DNA of 63,474 nucleotides, filler included, from Neolecta irregularis DAH-3 (Eukaryota): the NCBI GenBank assembly GCA_001929475.1. It is 15 parts of 15 records of this genome, joined end to end, with 100 filler letters (N's around TTAATTAATTAA, not from the genome) between each part and the next. Parts side by side here need not be neighbours in the genome. Positions count along the whole stretch, not along the records: positions 8,305 to 13,585 come from LXFE01001010.1; positions 13,686 to 15,071 come from LXFE01001012.1; positions 15,172 to 18,056 come from LXFE01001013.1; positions 18,157 to 21,882 come from LXFE01001014.1; positions 21,983 to 32,945 come from LXFE01001015.1; 10 more parts are not named here. The stretch is one strand, 5' to 3'. Under the pieces are notes generated by a model. The model was not told the origin of the DNA, made no database searches, and saw nothing but the letters and a program-made list of their open reading frames with translations. The translations under genes and the position numbers were made by a program. Of the stretch, positions 11,255-23,623 are shown piece by piece. How positions within the stretch are numbered: position 1 is the first letter of the stretch; each line of letters begins with the position of its first letter.

Positions 11255-12224
11255 TTACTCATTAGCAAGTCTCAGCGTAACAAAATAGGAGGTTATAATT
11301 ATTGTTCCCTGTGAATAATACGTCTCGCTTCCCCCTATAGGTTAATGCCCGCCATAAAATCGTGTATACCTCCCAAGCTCTTCAGCCTTGACTGCGCCGA
11401 CAAATACCCCCACCTCATCAAATGCTTTAAGAATTCGACCAAATCTCCCGTATAATCATGAATATTGCCATTTTCTGATACGAAGGAATAGACATTCGTG
11501 TCGACATTCTTACCAAAATAAAGGGTCCAAGATCTGCCGCCGACTGGTATACCTTTTTTATGGGAGATTCCGCGATTGTCTAGTGGGAGTGCACCATTCC
11601 ATGTTGCAATCCTTTTATGTTAATGGAGATCCAGATTTATATATATACCAGACCATGACTTCGATTGACGACTTCTTTATCTCATCCACAAGCTGCATAT
11701 CGTATGCCACATTTGAAGTTGCGTTGGAATATATTTCTCCATATCTAGCAATCAGTAACAATGGAACAATCAAAAGGCATGCTTCCAAGTGCATCCTGTC
11801 TCGATTTTGTTAATTCTCGAAAGTAGGATATTCGGTCTAATGAATGCATTTGGATAAGCTTTGACGTAACTTTTTGATAAGTAAATGGATGAGAGACATA
11901 TACTATGAATGACCACCCCAATTAAAATCGGTTGCCCACTGGATTGTATCTCCTTTTTGATTTGGCTCGAAAAGGATGCAGCCTTTCCCCTCAGGGTCGT
12001 CCGTCCTACCCCAAACATTGTTCGCTACGTAAGCAAGAGGAGGAGATAGACATACCTAGACTGTATTGGCCCCGTGAGCCGAGCCGGTGGACGTAATTGT
12101 CTGCACAACGCTTCACTACAGAACTTGAAGAATCGGCTTCTGAATCCACCTGAGCGGAACTGTCATCCGCCTCATCTTGAGCCAAAGCGATTGCAAAAAG
12201 AACAAAGAATAAGAAAAGGAGCAT
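11255..12224 (-). CDS. Secreted glycoside hydrolase family 12 (endoglucanase/xyloglucanase)
   Basis: Five short introns. The spliced product has a signal peptide, an acidic pro-region ending in KR, then NNVWG, WATDFNW, VKAYPN, NVAYDM, IEVMVW (nucleophile Glu), VYSFV and GSETY (acid/base Glu). Confidence 0.85.
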
Positions 12225-12469
12225 GATAGGATTCGATTCGATGCAGAAGCAACTGATTTTATACTCGACCGTTTACTACTGGTCTGGTTCAACACCCATT
12301 TTTGGATCTGGCATTGATGGTGCGGGTGCTCTAAAAAGGGTGCCTATAGCAGCTAGTTTTTTTCGGATTTAACACGCCTGTCATATAGAAATCCTAAACT
12401 GAAGATTTTCGTCTAATACAATACTATCGGGACTCCTCACTCAAGCTCCTTCCTCCCCTCAACCTCGGC

Positions 12470-13379
12470 AGTTTTATTATCACCAATCTCACTTACAATT
12501 CACTATCCTATCTTCTTTGGCATGGTTCTTCTTCCAACGTCGGTTCTCTTTATTCTCGAGAGTATCTTAGTACCGGGAGTATGGGGTGTGCTGACGAATC
12601 ACCGCATGTAAACGGGGCTTAGCTTAACTTTTCCTTTTTTCACCTACAGCGTGTACTTGAAGGAGGTATGTTGGGTTCTGCAAGTATATAGGATAGTCTT
12701 CTGCCCTCCAGATATCACACAATACAAAGAATATCAAAGAAATCAACAAGAGTAACCCTAAGAAGCCTACCCGCTACTACCCACTCATCGACAATCATCA
12801 ACAGTCACTCCATCTCCATCCTTTTCACGACTTTAACCCTTGGGGCGGATTCTGCGCGACAAGCCCGTCTTGTAACCCACAAACTAGCCTCATTTTTTTA
12901 TGATGTAAAGAGATCAGTGATTGATAAGGAATTGGGATTTTATAAAATTTGTTGAGGGACTGCAGGCCGGGTTTATTGGAATTATGCGAAATAAATTTCA
13001 AATTTCACGTTTTCGGTTCATGAAATTATTTTGAGGGTGCTGCAAAAACACACCCTAAATATGTGTCACGAGAATGATTACGTAATATTTTGGACGATAT
13101 TTGAAGGTTTGACTTTTCTAGGCCTGTGTCTAGTAGTAGGCCTTTACAATTGGTGCGGCTTATCGTAAAGAATTGCTAAACTAAACAACACTGTTCGAAG
13201 TTCTGGTGATGCTCTCCCCTCCCTCGACGTCAGAAAATTTTTATTTTCACCAATTCATCGTCTCTAATTCGCTGTCCCACCTACCTTGGCCCAGTTCTGC
13301 TTCCTACATCAATACCTGTCTCCACAAGAGTATCTTCATAACTGGGAGTATGGGGGTGCTGACGAATCACCGCGTGTAA
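12470..13379 (+). repeat. Diverged direct duplication (about 12470-12610 versus 13238-13379)
   Basis: Both copies end in GAGTATCTT...GGGAGTATGGGG(T/G)...TGCTGACGAATCACCGC(A/G)TGTAA. Confidence 0.6.
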
Positions 13380-13585
13380 TTGGGGCGGGAATGGGCCATG
13401 GGCTTAGCCCCGCCCATCGGCCGACGGGCTTTCACGTGATATTCGATAATACTAGTTGGGCAGCCCTTCCCCTCAGCTCTATCATCCCTATCCGCCTTAC
13501 CCGCCTTGCCTGCCCGCTTCACCAACCAGTCTCGCTAGCCTCTCGCCAGTCCCTCCCGTCCCTCCCGCTCCGCCCGTGCCTATTC
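13380..13585 (+). mobile_element. Partial hAT MITE, family 1
   Basis: GGGCTTTCACGTGATATT..ATAATACT followed by a pyrimidine-rich GC tract, as in the complete copy at 17546-17990. Confidence 0.55.
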
Positions 13586-13685
13586 NNNNNNNNNNNNNNN
13601 NNNNNNNNNNNNNNNNNNNNNNNNNNNNNTTAATTAATTAANNNNNNNNNNNNNNNNNNNNNNNNNNNNNNNNNNNNNNNNNNNN

Positions 13686-15071
13686 TTCTTTTTGTATCCT
13701 GTTCTAAATTATCCTGGATATCCTCCTCCTCTCGTTTCCTTTTTTTCTGTTTAGTGATTTCAGCGAATTTACTCGATGTAGCATTGTCGCGTGCCTTCTG
13801 TTCTCTCTCCGCACGTCTCTTAACGACCTGTGCATTCTCAATAGCAAATTCAACTATCAGACGTCGTTTACGGTCGGTTCTATCGGGATTTTCCTCAGAA
13901 GAGTCAGAAACAGCAATTTCTCGAGCGTTAAGCCAACGTAGACCCATCAGTGCATGACGATGCGATGTGAACTCGATAAATCCATAGCCCCGGCTTCGGC
14001 CATTATCCTCGGTGACTATTTTTGCCTGCTTGATGATACCTTTCTTTTCTTTCTGAATAACTCTGCCACGTCGCTTTTCTTCAACTGTCAGAGGGGCACG
14101 CTTTTGGGATTTGACTTCAGTCGCAAATTGCACAACAGAGTTTCGGCCCAAGGCTTTGAGATCTGTTGAAGTAATATGTCGAGGAATATTGCGAACTGAA
14201 AGACGGGTTAGGGATAGATGAAGCGTAGGGTTTTTGACGAGAAGGGACCTTCTTTGTTTTAGTGACTGGGACCGAACTTGGAGATCTGTAGTCGATAGCA
14301 CTTGAGCCAAAGGATGATTTGATGGAATAGCTACTGATTAGCCGTTGATCAGCATCCATATCACATGCCTCCCTCATTTAACAGGAATAAATTTCTTTTA
14401 TCAACTCTTTCTTCTTTGCCAAGTTTTTTACTCACAAAATCATCTTTGAGTTTTTCGGCTTCTTCTCGTTTGACTGCCTTCGAAACCAAGAGAACTCGAC
14501 CGTTCAGTCGAAACTGATTTGCTATGCCGTCTGGATCCTGAGGATCCATAATTGAATCACCAATTGCATTGACTCTTGGAACCTTTGACGCGAGACACAG
14601 CAGTTCCTTGGCATCTTCGGGTCTGAGAAAACATATAAAACCCGTCCCTCGAGGTTTGTTCATACGTGGATCAATAACAATTTTGGCATAGCGTAAACGT
14701 CCAAATTTTGAGAAGTGATGACTCAGTTCGTCTTCCGTGGTCTCAAATAGTAAATTGCGGACAAAAAGCGTGCAATCGTCGTATGATTTATTTTGTTTTT
14801 CGGTTTGGGGTGTCTTATCCCCGTTAGATAACATTTCTTCATCTGAATGTTCTGAAGAATCGATAGTTTCAGCCTCTACCTCTGAGGGGTCTTCATGTTC
14901 CTCCCTTTCCAACTCAGCATCTTCACGCTTACGTTTGAGCATGTCTTCTTCTTCGCTTTCTCCCTGCACATCTTCCCATTGGTCCTTAGGCAATGCAAAA
15001 TCAACAGCAACAGTCCGTCCATCAATTATGATGCCGTTCAGTTCTTTCATAGCTTTCTCTGCGGGTTTCTG
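13686..15071 (-). CDS. nop4: Nucleolar multi-RRM protein Nop4/RBM28 (internal part, truncated at both ends)
   Basis: RRM motifs TLFVRNL..PRGTGFICF and TRLSVRNIP..SRGYGFIEF..RRLIVEFAIEN, plus DKRNLFLLNEG. GC-AG intron at about 14334-14368. Confidence 0.9.
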
Positions 15072-15171
15072 NNNNNNNNNNNNNNNNNNNNNNNNNNNNN
15101 NNNNNNNNNNNNNNNTTAATTAATTAANNNNNNNNNNNNNNNNNNNNNNNNNNNNNNNNNNNNNNNNNNNN

Positions 15172-16619
15172 GGAAAAGTGTGACGAGGATTCTTGAATTC
15201 ATTGATCCTGGAAGTTCGTCACCTCGAGACTCTCGATAGCAACTCCGAATCCAAGACACCAATTTGTCTGGCTTGTCTAGAAGATCAAATTTATGTCCCT
15301 TTGATGTCATCTCCGAGCTGAACTTTTCATTGAGATTCTGCAGAACTCCTCGGATTCGAGTGTTGCCTTGTGCGAAAATATCGTTGTCGTATTCTCCTGA
15401 AAGAGCATCTTTGATTTTGTCTTGATACTCGCGAATGACTTTCGAAAGAAAAATCTGTTTTTGTGGGAGCGATCCCATTTCGGGCGGTATCTTCTTTAAT
15501 GTATTTTCACATTTTCGCCGATCGGCGTGCACTTCCTCCCTAACATGAGGTAATTCTTCGCGAATATGGTCTCTTAATAGATCCACGAGGTATAATCGAA
15601 GTCTATCGATGCCGACTCGTGTTTTACTGATCTCGGACCAGGGTGGCCGAGCAAAGAACGCTGCTTCGGACCTATTGCGCGACTCGGTATCGCAAGCGAC
15701 CTTCAATTCATTAAAATTTCGATTTCGAACAATGAAATATCCAAGCTTCAAAGGCTTCGCAATATTCGCAGCAAGGTCGAGAACCTACTATCAAAATCGC
15801 TCGTCAAACAAGGAAAAGACCTGTTGCTCAGCACCTTGGTCCACGAGATCCGGTTTGGTAATCACACCAAGCGTTCGCATTTTTTGGGGATCTGCTTCAG
15901 CAGCCTTTTCCAAGATCTCTGCGTTTGCAATGTCAACATTCGCAGGAATTACAGCAAGTATAATGGATCTATTATCGGCGATATATTTTTTAACAAGACT
16001 GTAAATCAAACTTATATCCCTCTTTGTTTGGTTTCCTGAAGTGGTTCGAATGTATCCCGGCAAATCGACAACCGTCAGATGTGGTTGTTCCGGACCGGAT
16101 ACTTCAATCGAGAGAATATCTGACGAGAATGAGCTCACCAAATTTTCATTGTTGAGGCCCATGTGTTTTGATGCTTCTTCAATCAATGCCAGGACATCAT
16201 CCAGTCGTTCGAGCTTCATATCCACGTCTCGAAGAGCCTTTTGTTCACTTTCAGGTCGCTTACTATCAGGGATAATTTGCACTCGTATGCTTTTTTCATT
16301 GGTTCTTCGAAGAATGACTTGGGTCGCAAATTTCGTACAAAGACCGTCTGATCGAGGGAACGGAATTTGAGTCAGCGCTTCCAAAACACTTGACTTTCCT
16401 ATGAATTGTTATCAAACTCTATACAATTGAGCGAATACCAGATGACTGATCACCGCAAACGATAATTTGAGGAAGAGAGATCACAGTATGCATTTGCAAG
16501 GCCCGCAATTTGTCGACCTTGTCCAATAGCCTAGAATGATCGGACGTCATAAAAGGCGACTTGATGGCTGCGCTTGACTCTGTGGTGTCTGCGGTAATTT
16601 TGGGAGTTATGACGCTCAT
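15172..16619 (-). CDS. Dynamin-family (Mx-like) GTPase, 3' end truncated by contig end
   Basis: LPQIIVCGDQSSG|KSSVLEAL (G1, split by an intron), PRSDGLCTKF, VDLPG (G3), TKPD (G4), LGYFIVRNR and GDELPG. Confidence 0.9.
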
Positions 16620-17361
16620 GTTTAGGAATGTATATCGAACGAAATGGAGGAATAGACTCTTTATAGACTTTAGTACGATTTTCTCGCACGAGTCTACGTA
16701 GGACCCGTGTTTAGATATTCAAGGATCAGCAGCAACAGCACGGCCAGGATAGCGCAGAAAAAAAGCAAAAGGTAATTAAAATTTGAGATTCGGGATTTTC
16801 TTTTGGAAAGCTTGCTCACTAACTGCAGTCGGCAAAGATGTGAGATTGAAGTGATATGGTCTTTACAATTCCTAGAGAGGTAAAATGTACCCTCTGGGAT
16901 ATTGTCACAATTATTGGTGCCCGACTAGCTCCTACTATAAGAGCGTGACATATTCTAACCTGTTTAATGGATACTAGATGAGGCCAACTGGATTGCTTCC
17001 CGTAGGTTTCATTTATACCTTTCCAACTTGTTACACCAACACATCCTCTAGCAAATACCTCAGCTTTTCTGTAAGTATTGAAGGCCAGATATGAATAAGA
17101 TTAGGTTGTATTGTTTCAAGCCTACGTATAGGTGAAACTAGCTCCAGGCTAGGTCTGGAGCGCCAATCTATATTAGAATACAACTTGATTGCCGCAATAT
17201 CAATGCAAACCTTCCTTCCGTATTGGTAAGCATATACCAGGTATACGCTTTATATTTGCGATGAACTGCGTCGGCAAAAATGTGAAAATATACTGAGGAG
17301 GATACCGCCCGAAATGTGATCGTTCACACAGAAACAGAATTTTCCCCTTTTGAAAATCCAT

Positions 17362-18056
17362 CGAGTATCATGTTCTTTCAGGAGAATACGACAACGATAT
17401 TTTCGCACAAGGTAGCACTCGAATCCGAGTTCTGCAGAATCTCAATGAAAAGTTCAGCCCGGAAATGACATCAAAGGGACATAAATTTGACCTTCTAGAC
17501 AAGCCAGACAAATCGGTGTCTTGGATTCGGAGTTGCTATCGAGAGCAGTGTTGGGACGGGCATGGGCCGAAACGGGGCTATTTCACGTGATATTAAATAA
17601 TACTATGTAGCCTCATCCTCCAATGTCTCCTCCCTATCCGCCTTCCTACCCGCCTCGCCAGCCTGTCTCGCGCGCCTTGCCTCTCTCTCCCATCTCCACC
17701 TCGCACTCATGTCTTGCCCGCCCGTCTCTCCCGGCTCGCGCACGTCTAGCCTGTTTGGCCTGTTTGGCTTGCCAGCCATGCCCACCCACCTGTCAGTTCC
17801 TTGCCAATATATCGATAAATATAAAGAATTATATACATGGTATAGCAATTTATACTTGCTTTATACCATATTCCTGCCCTGCCCAGTTTGCCACCACCCA
17901 AAATGTTTGTCACATGTTAGGCCCAGGGTCGGGTCGGGTTGGGTCGGACCCTCTGAAAAGCCCATCGGCTTTGACCCGTCCCCAACACTGATCGAGAGTC
18001 TCGAGGTGACGAACTTCCAGGATCAATGAATTCAAGAATCCTCGTCACACTTTTCC
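17362..18056 (+). pseudogene. Inverted partial duplicate of the dynamin gene, with small deletions and a MITE insertion
   Basis: 17362-17545 plus 17999-18056 are the reverse complement of about 15172-15432. Confidence 0.85.
17546..17990 (+). mobile_element. Complete 445-bp hAT MITE, family 1
   Basis: TIRs CAGTGTTGGGACGGG and CCCGTCCCCAACACTG. Perfect 8-bp TSD ATCGAGAG at 17538-17545 and 17991-17998. The empty site is visible in the intact gene at about 15230. Confidence 0.92.
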
Positions 18057-18451
18057 NNNNNNNNNNNNNNNNNNNNNNNNNNNNNNNNNNNNNNNNNNNN
18101 TTAATTAATTAANNNNNNNNNNNNNNNNNNNNNNNNNNNNNNNNNNNNNNNNNNNNGACGGGTGAGATACTCGGTGCGCACATGGTCCGGTAGCAGTGAT
18201 GCCGGCATAAGGTCGCGGAGAAAATATGGGAAAATTAAAAGATTGCCGCTACATATAATTTCATAAAATGCAAGAAAACATCAATGTTGAAAATACTCGG
18301 CTCGTGGATATTTTCATAATCGCCGAAGACTTGACGTGATCCCAAGCTATTTTTCTATCATTACTTGAGCGAAGAGAATCACACAGTGTTTGCACCACAA
18401 TGAAACTGTGGGGACTATTTAGTCCCACCACCCCCACATGACAGTACAGGC

Positions 18452-18560
18452 CAGTGTGTCCACCCGCCTGCCAACCGCCGCCGGAGGGTTCTGGCGGGCG
18501 GGTGGGTCAACCCTTCTCCGGCAGGCAGGCGGCCGGGAAAAAACGAGCCTAGAATGTTCA
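18452..18560 (+). mobile_element. Left end of a hAT-like family 2 element
   Basis: CAGTGTGTCCACCCGCCTGCC...GGCGGGCGGGTGGGTCAACCC, matching 39631 and about 9990-10050. Confidence 0.55.
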
Positions 18561-19416
18561 GTTTTGACCTGTTCGAATCGATTTTTCACTATTATGTCCG
18601 TCTCGACATTCTCTATCTGCTCCTCTTTTTCCGATACTGAAACTCGAAAATTGAAGCCTATACGATCGAATTTGTGTCAATATAGCTCCAATCATAGCAA
18701 TTTTGGCACCATTCTGCTTGTCTCGTCATGCTAGCTCTCCTCAGATGTTACGCGATACAAATATATGGAAATTCAAGACTTGAGGATGATTGTGCAAGAA
18801 ATTGAAAAATCGGGGATTGATTTCGATTGGCAAGAGTATAAGCGTTTGCTGCTCAAGCTTGACGAAATATCGCCAGAGTATAAATATTAGCACTTGGTAA
18901 GTATAGCATGCTCTGGTTCGGTTTAACCCTGATTTTGTATACCAGTAAGATTACTGAGAAACAGCACACACACACTACCAATACGTACCTGGCAGACAAA
19001 GGATACCATGGAGCAATGGTGGATTGACCACCCACGACGTTGTTTTACATGCGCCAACTTGTTATGCCAACTATCTCGGCCCTTCCTGCCCCGTCGCTGG
19101 ACCCTGCCTTTATATCTGCCGTACTCTGCATTGCGCAGCAACTGCCTCTGCGCGGCGACGGCAATTAGTAAAGCTGCCGCTGCGAGCACCATGGAACCCG
19201 GCAGGAGCACTATTGGAACAGACGGTGCCTGCCGTACGATACGGGTAGATTATTTCAGATTTGTCACTGTATTTTACAATAACATCGCGGCGATGGAGAA
19301 CAATTGTTAGGGAATCAGTGCTATTTCCACGGCAGTCCAAGAGAAGAATTACAGATACATCCATTTATACGATCCGAAAGAAAAGAGATAGGTACGACCG
19401 ATCCACGCACCCAATT

Positions 19417-21725
19417 TCACACTTCTTCTGCTTCCATTTCAATGCGTTCGTATCCGTTGATACGCGGTTTGGCGGGCTCTGGAATCATGTACAAGCGATA
19501 ATAATCTACCTGCTTTCCGGCGATTTTTCCCATTCCGCCCTTTTGACCAAGAATTTTTGTGCCGTCGCACCAGAAATCCTGGCAATTGACCATACAGCCT
19601 ATGTCGAACGGATTAGCGGATGAAGTAGATGCTGTTTTTCCCTCGAGGCCTTCTTTTGCGGTGTCGACGAATTGGTCTACGCCGAGCAATCGGGTGAGTT
19701 TTGCAAAGGCACCGGTTTTGGGATGGCGGGAGCATGGGTTGGTTGGGTGGTCTTCAGGGGACCCGCCCATGTATCCGAATCTGCGCAGATTTGATAGTTC
19801 TTGCGTGGTTATGCTTTTGGCAATTTGGTGGAGTTGGACAACGACGAGCATGGTCAACCAAATTAACTGGAGAACTGCCCAAAGGACAGCTAGTGTTGAA
19901 AAGGGATCGGTAATAAGAGGTGTGCACAGGGAATCTGGAAGGAGATGACAGGTTTCTTGAATAGTTTGGGGCGCTATTGCCTCTAGATCTAAAATGTTGG
20001 ATGAATTTCTAGAAAGGCGACATGCATGAAAAGTATATGTGGGCGAGTAAAAAGAGGCCTAGTTCGAGGGAGAAGACATAGACGGCGAATGCTCTGTGGT
20101 TTCGTACGCCCACACAGTTATTCACCCACGGGCAGTGGCTAGAGAGTTGGAAATGATTAAAAAGCGGGACATACTGGTCGTGTCTTGCGACACATCGATC
20201 GCAGGTTTTGCAGTGTTTACTGCGCAGAGGTTTCCTTACGAGGCAAATTGTACAAAAGTGGCGAGAGTTGTATTTACCGAGAGCGATAAGTTCATCAATA
20301 ACTATTTTCTGGTCTGCGATGGATCCTTGGCGGGGGACGTAACCGGGATCCACGAGGAGACTGTATGCAAAAGCGGACATGGATATTGCAAAGATTATTG
20401 TGAAAAGGAGGGAGCGAATGGGCAAGATGGGGAATGTGACTGGGTATTAGCGTAGCGATGGGGAGGGGAGTACCGGGAGCGATGACGAAAAGCCATCTGG
20501 CTGCAACGCAAAAGGCGGAACCAGAGAATAAGCCGGCAAGGTAGCCCTGTCAGTGAGGAGGATGGACAAGTTTGTCAAAGTACCGTCTTGTGGACAGCGT
20601 TTGCGCCGTAGCCGCCTCCAGCGATTTCGATCAACGGCTTGACTGCGAATGTTTGGGAGAGGTATAGGGCGGCGAGGGCGAGAGGGAGAGACAAGAAGAA
20701 AGGATATGGAGAAGCGAGGATGGCCAGGGCGATCCAGATTTGCAAGTATGGCAACAAGAAGATTGCGCGTTTTCCGACGGGCTTTGGGGTTAGTGATGAA
20801 ACTGGGGGGCAGGAACCATTGGGAGGAGGTGCGATTTTAAGGAGCCGTCGATGGAGCGACCCGACTCGAGGAGGGCAGACTTCCAAGCGGCCATGCTCTT
20901 CATTTCTACGGCCATGACGTCTGGGGTTTTCCCTTGGTCGTTTGTAGCGGAGACGTTGCTTCCTTCTTCGATCAAGCGTTTTATGCAAGGCTTTGAGCCC
21001 TTTACGATAGCCCAGTGGAGGGGGGTCATGCCCGTGGTGTCCTTTGAGTTTACGCTTGCGCCCCAGCGGAGCAGGAGGTCTACGGAGAGGCAGTCGCCTT
21101 GGTACGCGGCCCAGCTGAGGGCAGTGTGTTGCTGGGAGTCTGGGGAGTCTACGGGCAGATCGTGGTGGAGGAGATAGGCGACGAGGAGGATGTTTGAGGA
21201 GTGGGTTGCGAGATGGAGCGAATTGAAGCCCTGGGAGTCTGTCATGAGCGGGTCTGCGTCGTGGAGGAGGAGCAGATGGGCGATGTAGACGTGGCCGCTG
21301 CGGGCGGCCCAGTGGAGGGGTGTTGCCTGCAGGTCGCCGCCGCGCTTGTTGACGTCTGCGCCGTGCTGGATGAGCAGCTTGCAGACGAGGAGGCGGTCGT
21401 TGATGGCGGCCCAGTGCAGCGCAGAGATGCCCTGGTCGTCCTCGTCGTAGACATGGGCGCGCCCGGAGGCGAAGAGGGTCTCGATGAGCGCAGTGTCGCC
21501 GTTCTGGGCGGCCGCGAAGAGCGACGGTTCAGCGGCGGCGGGTTCTGCAGCGGCGTGCTGGGCGGCGATGGCGGGGCCGGGCAGGGCGGCCTTTGTGGGG
21601 ATGGGGGCGGCCATTGGCGGGAGCGGGAGCGGGAGCGGGAGCGGGATCGGGAGAGGTTGGGGGAGAGGCACGGGAGAGGAGGCCGTGTCTGGGTCTGCCG
21701 GTGCAGAGCTGCAGGGCGCTGGCAT
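19417..21725 (-). CDS. akr1: Palmitoyltransferase Akr1 (ankyrin repeats plus DHHC)
   Basis: Ankyrin repeats (SALHWAAIN, TPLHWAA, TPLHWAIVKG), TM helices, and CTICLVRKPLRSKHCKTCDRCVARHD|HHCPWVNNCVG across an intron. Start codon could be 21725 or slightly downstream. Confidence 0.92.
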
Positions 21726-22513
21726 CTGGTTCAGGGCAGTGCTTGTTGGGCTGGTGGGTTGTGTGTCTGTCTGTCTGTCTATTGTCTGTCTATTGTCTAT
21801 TATCTATCGAGATCTGCGGTCTGCTGTCTGTCCCGGCGGGCTACCCTGCCGCCCCGCCCGCCCTCGCTGCCCGCCGCCCGCCNNNNNNNNNNNNNNNNNN
21901 NNNNNNNNNNNNNNNNNNNNNNNNNNTTAATTAATTAANNNNNNNNNNNNNNNNNNNNNNNNNNNNNNNNNNNNNNNNNNNNGAAGGCGGGAGGGGGAAG
22001 AAGGTGGGAGGGGCGAGAGAGGCAGGTAGGCAGCAGGGGCAATGGTGGTCACATGTTTAGCCCCGAGTCCATGTGTTAGGGTTAGGGTTTTTTCTTAAGT
22101 TGTCTTCTCGGATCACTACAAAGGACGTGACTGTTTTGTTCACCAAGTAGCACTGTAATTGCCCTTTTCCATTGTGGCGGATATACTTTATTCCTTCAAC
22201 CCAAGGATCTAGAATCGGGTTTTTTGTTGGCAATCAAGTTGTACCAATAATCTCTTGAAATTTTACAACTATAGCCTACATGTAACATACTCAAATCTAA
22301 TCAGTGGAATGTTTATTCAGCAATCGATTAAATCCGTAACAAGAGGATATGCAGACTTGCTTTAGAGATCGACAAAGTTAGTTTTTAATATATGTATATA
22401 ATAGAGTCCCAAAGTTAACCCGTGAATGTAGCGTAACCCCCCAAAGTTCATAACGATCAAAAGCCGTCTAAAAAGAGAGAGACAGTGAAAAGAAAAATAT
22501 ACAGGAAAACAAT

Positions 22514-23623
22514 TCAGCGGTTCTCCATGGTGTCCCGGTCTTCGTCGTCATCTTCAGTAAGCAGCTTTCTCTGCTCTGGACCAAGGACTTTCAGGGGACC
22601 CTGCCTCACCGCAACCGCAACAGCTATAAGCAATAACACAACGAATTTGAGCCAGAGAAAAATCCAGATAACGTATTCAAGAGGTTTTGAGCGTTGTATT
22701 TTAGGTATGATACTGTTTTCTGGGGGTTCTGAATCCTCAATTTCCGAGTATAACGAGCGCCGAAGGCTTAGCTTTTGTCTTTGCCGAAGAGGAGTCGAAA
22801 TCGACATTTCTTCGAAATCAAATGTGAGGGGTGGCGACAGGGGGCCATTTTGCCGCAACTGATCCTCTGGACACCTATCATCGATGCTCGCCCTTCTAGA
22901 GAGCCGTTCTTCGTCCAATTGAGCTAATAATTCTTCGGTGATGCGTTCTTGTCCGCGTAATCTCATCTCCAGTTCCTTCTTCTCAATTTCTATACCGCGC
23001 ATATTCGCGTATCCTCGTCGAGCAGTTTCGACTTCTGCAAGCGCTTCGCGTAACTTTGTTTCAGTTGATTGTTTTTCGCTAAGCCATTGTTCATATTCAG
23101 TTTCGACAGCTTGTAGGCGCGTATAAAGATAACGACTTTCGGATTTGTATCCCTCTGTGTCGCGTTTTATGTTTTCTAGGCCAAGCACACGTTTCTCCCA
23201 GTCCATAATTTCATCCTTCAACTCGCGAGCATGGGCATTGGCACGTTTGAATTTTTCCTTCCAGACCTTCTCAGTTTCAACTGCGTCCGAGGAGAGTGTT
23301 GCTACTTGGTCGAGCAGGTCTGTATTTTGGCGTTCGAGGAGATCGATCCATTTTTCAGTGCTCCTGCTCCTGGCTCGTTTTGAGCGTAGAGGGGATATTG
23401 ACGATGAGGGGTTGGGCTGCGAAGAGAAAGAGAAAGCGTCTTCTTCGTCTTCCCAGTCTGAAGGAAAGGTGGATAAGGTTGTTGACATGCGACTTCCGGG
23501 GCCTGCGCGTAGTCTCAAGCGAGAAAGAAGATTTGCATGTTCCGACTGGAGTGACGAGGTGGTGTCAATGAGGGTATTTGTCAAATCGTCGAGTTCTAGG
23601 TAATCAGCTATTGGGAGAGACAA
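22514..23623 (-). CDS. Coiled-coil protein with a C-terminal transmembrane anchor; first exon probably upstream (about 23650-23780)
   Basis: 369-codon open frame with heptad-rich E/K/L region and hydrophobic YVIWIFLWLKFVVLLLIAVAVAV near the C-terminus. The frame has no initiating ATG at its 5' end. Confidence 0.7.
   Translation of the reverse strand: MSLPIADYLELDDLTNTLIDTTSSLQSEHANLLSRLRLRAGPGSRMSTTLSTFPSDWEDEEDAFSFSSQPNPSSSISPLRSKRARSRSTEKWIDLLERQNTDLLDQVATLSSDAVETEKVWKEKFKRANAHARELKDEIMDWEKRVLGLENIKRDTEGYKSESRYLYTRLQAVETEYEQWLSEKQSTETKLREALAEVETARRGYANMRGIEIEKKELEMRLRGQERITEELLAQLDEERLSRRASIDDRCPEDQLRQNGPLSPPLTFDFEEMSISTPLRQRQKLSLRRSLYSEIEDSEPPENSIIPKIQRSKPLEYVIWIFLWLKFVVLLLIAVAVAVRQGPLKVLGPEQRKLLTEDDDEDRDTMENR

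Noticed and set aside
18740-19400. Several overlapping 60-120-aa ORFs downstream of akr1 (likewise 7082-7698 and 41950-42464)
   Set aside because: No recognisable motif or coherent exon chain.
22076-22090. TTAGGGTTAGGG telomere motif
   Set aside because: Only two units, internal to the contig; too short to call a telomere.
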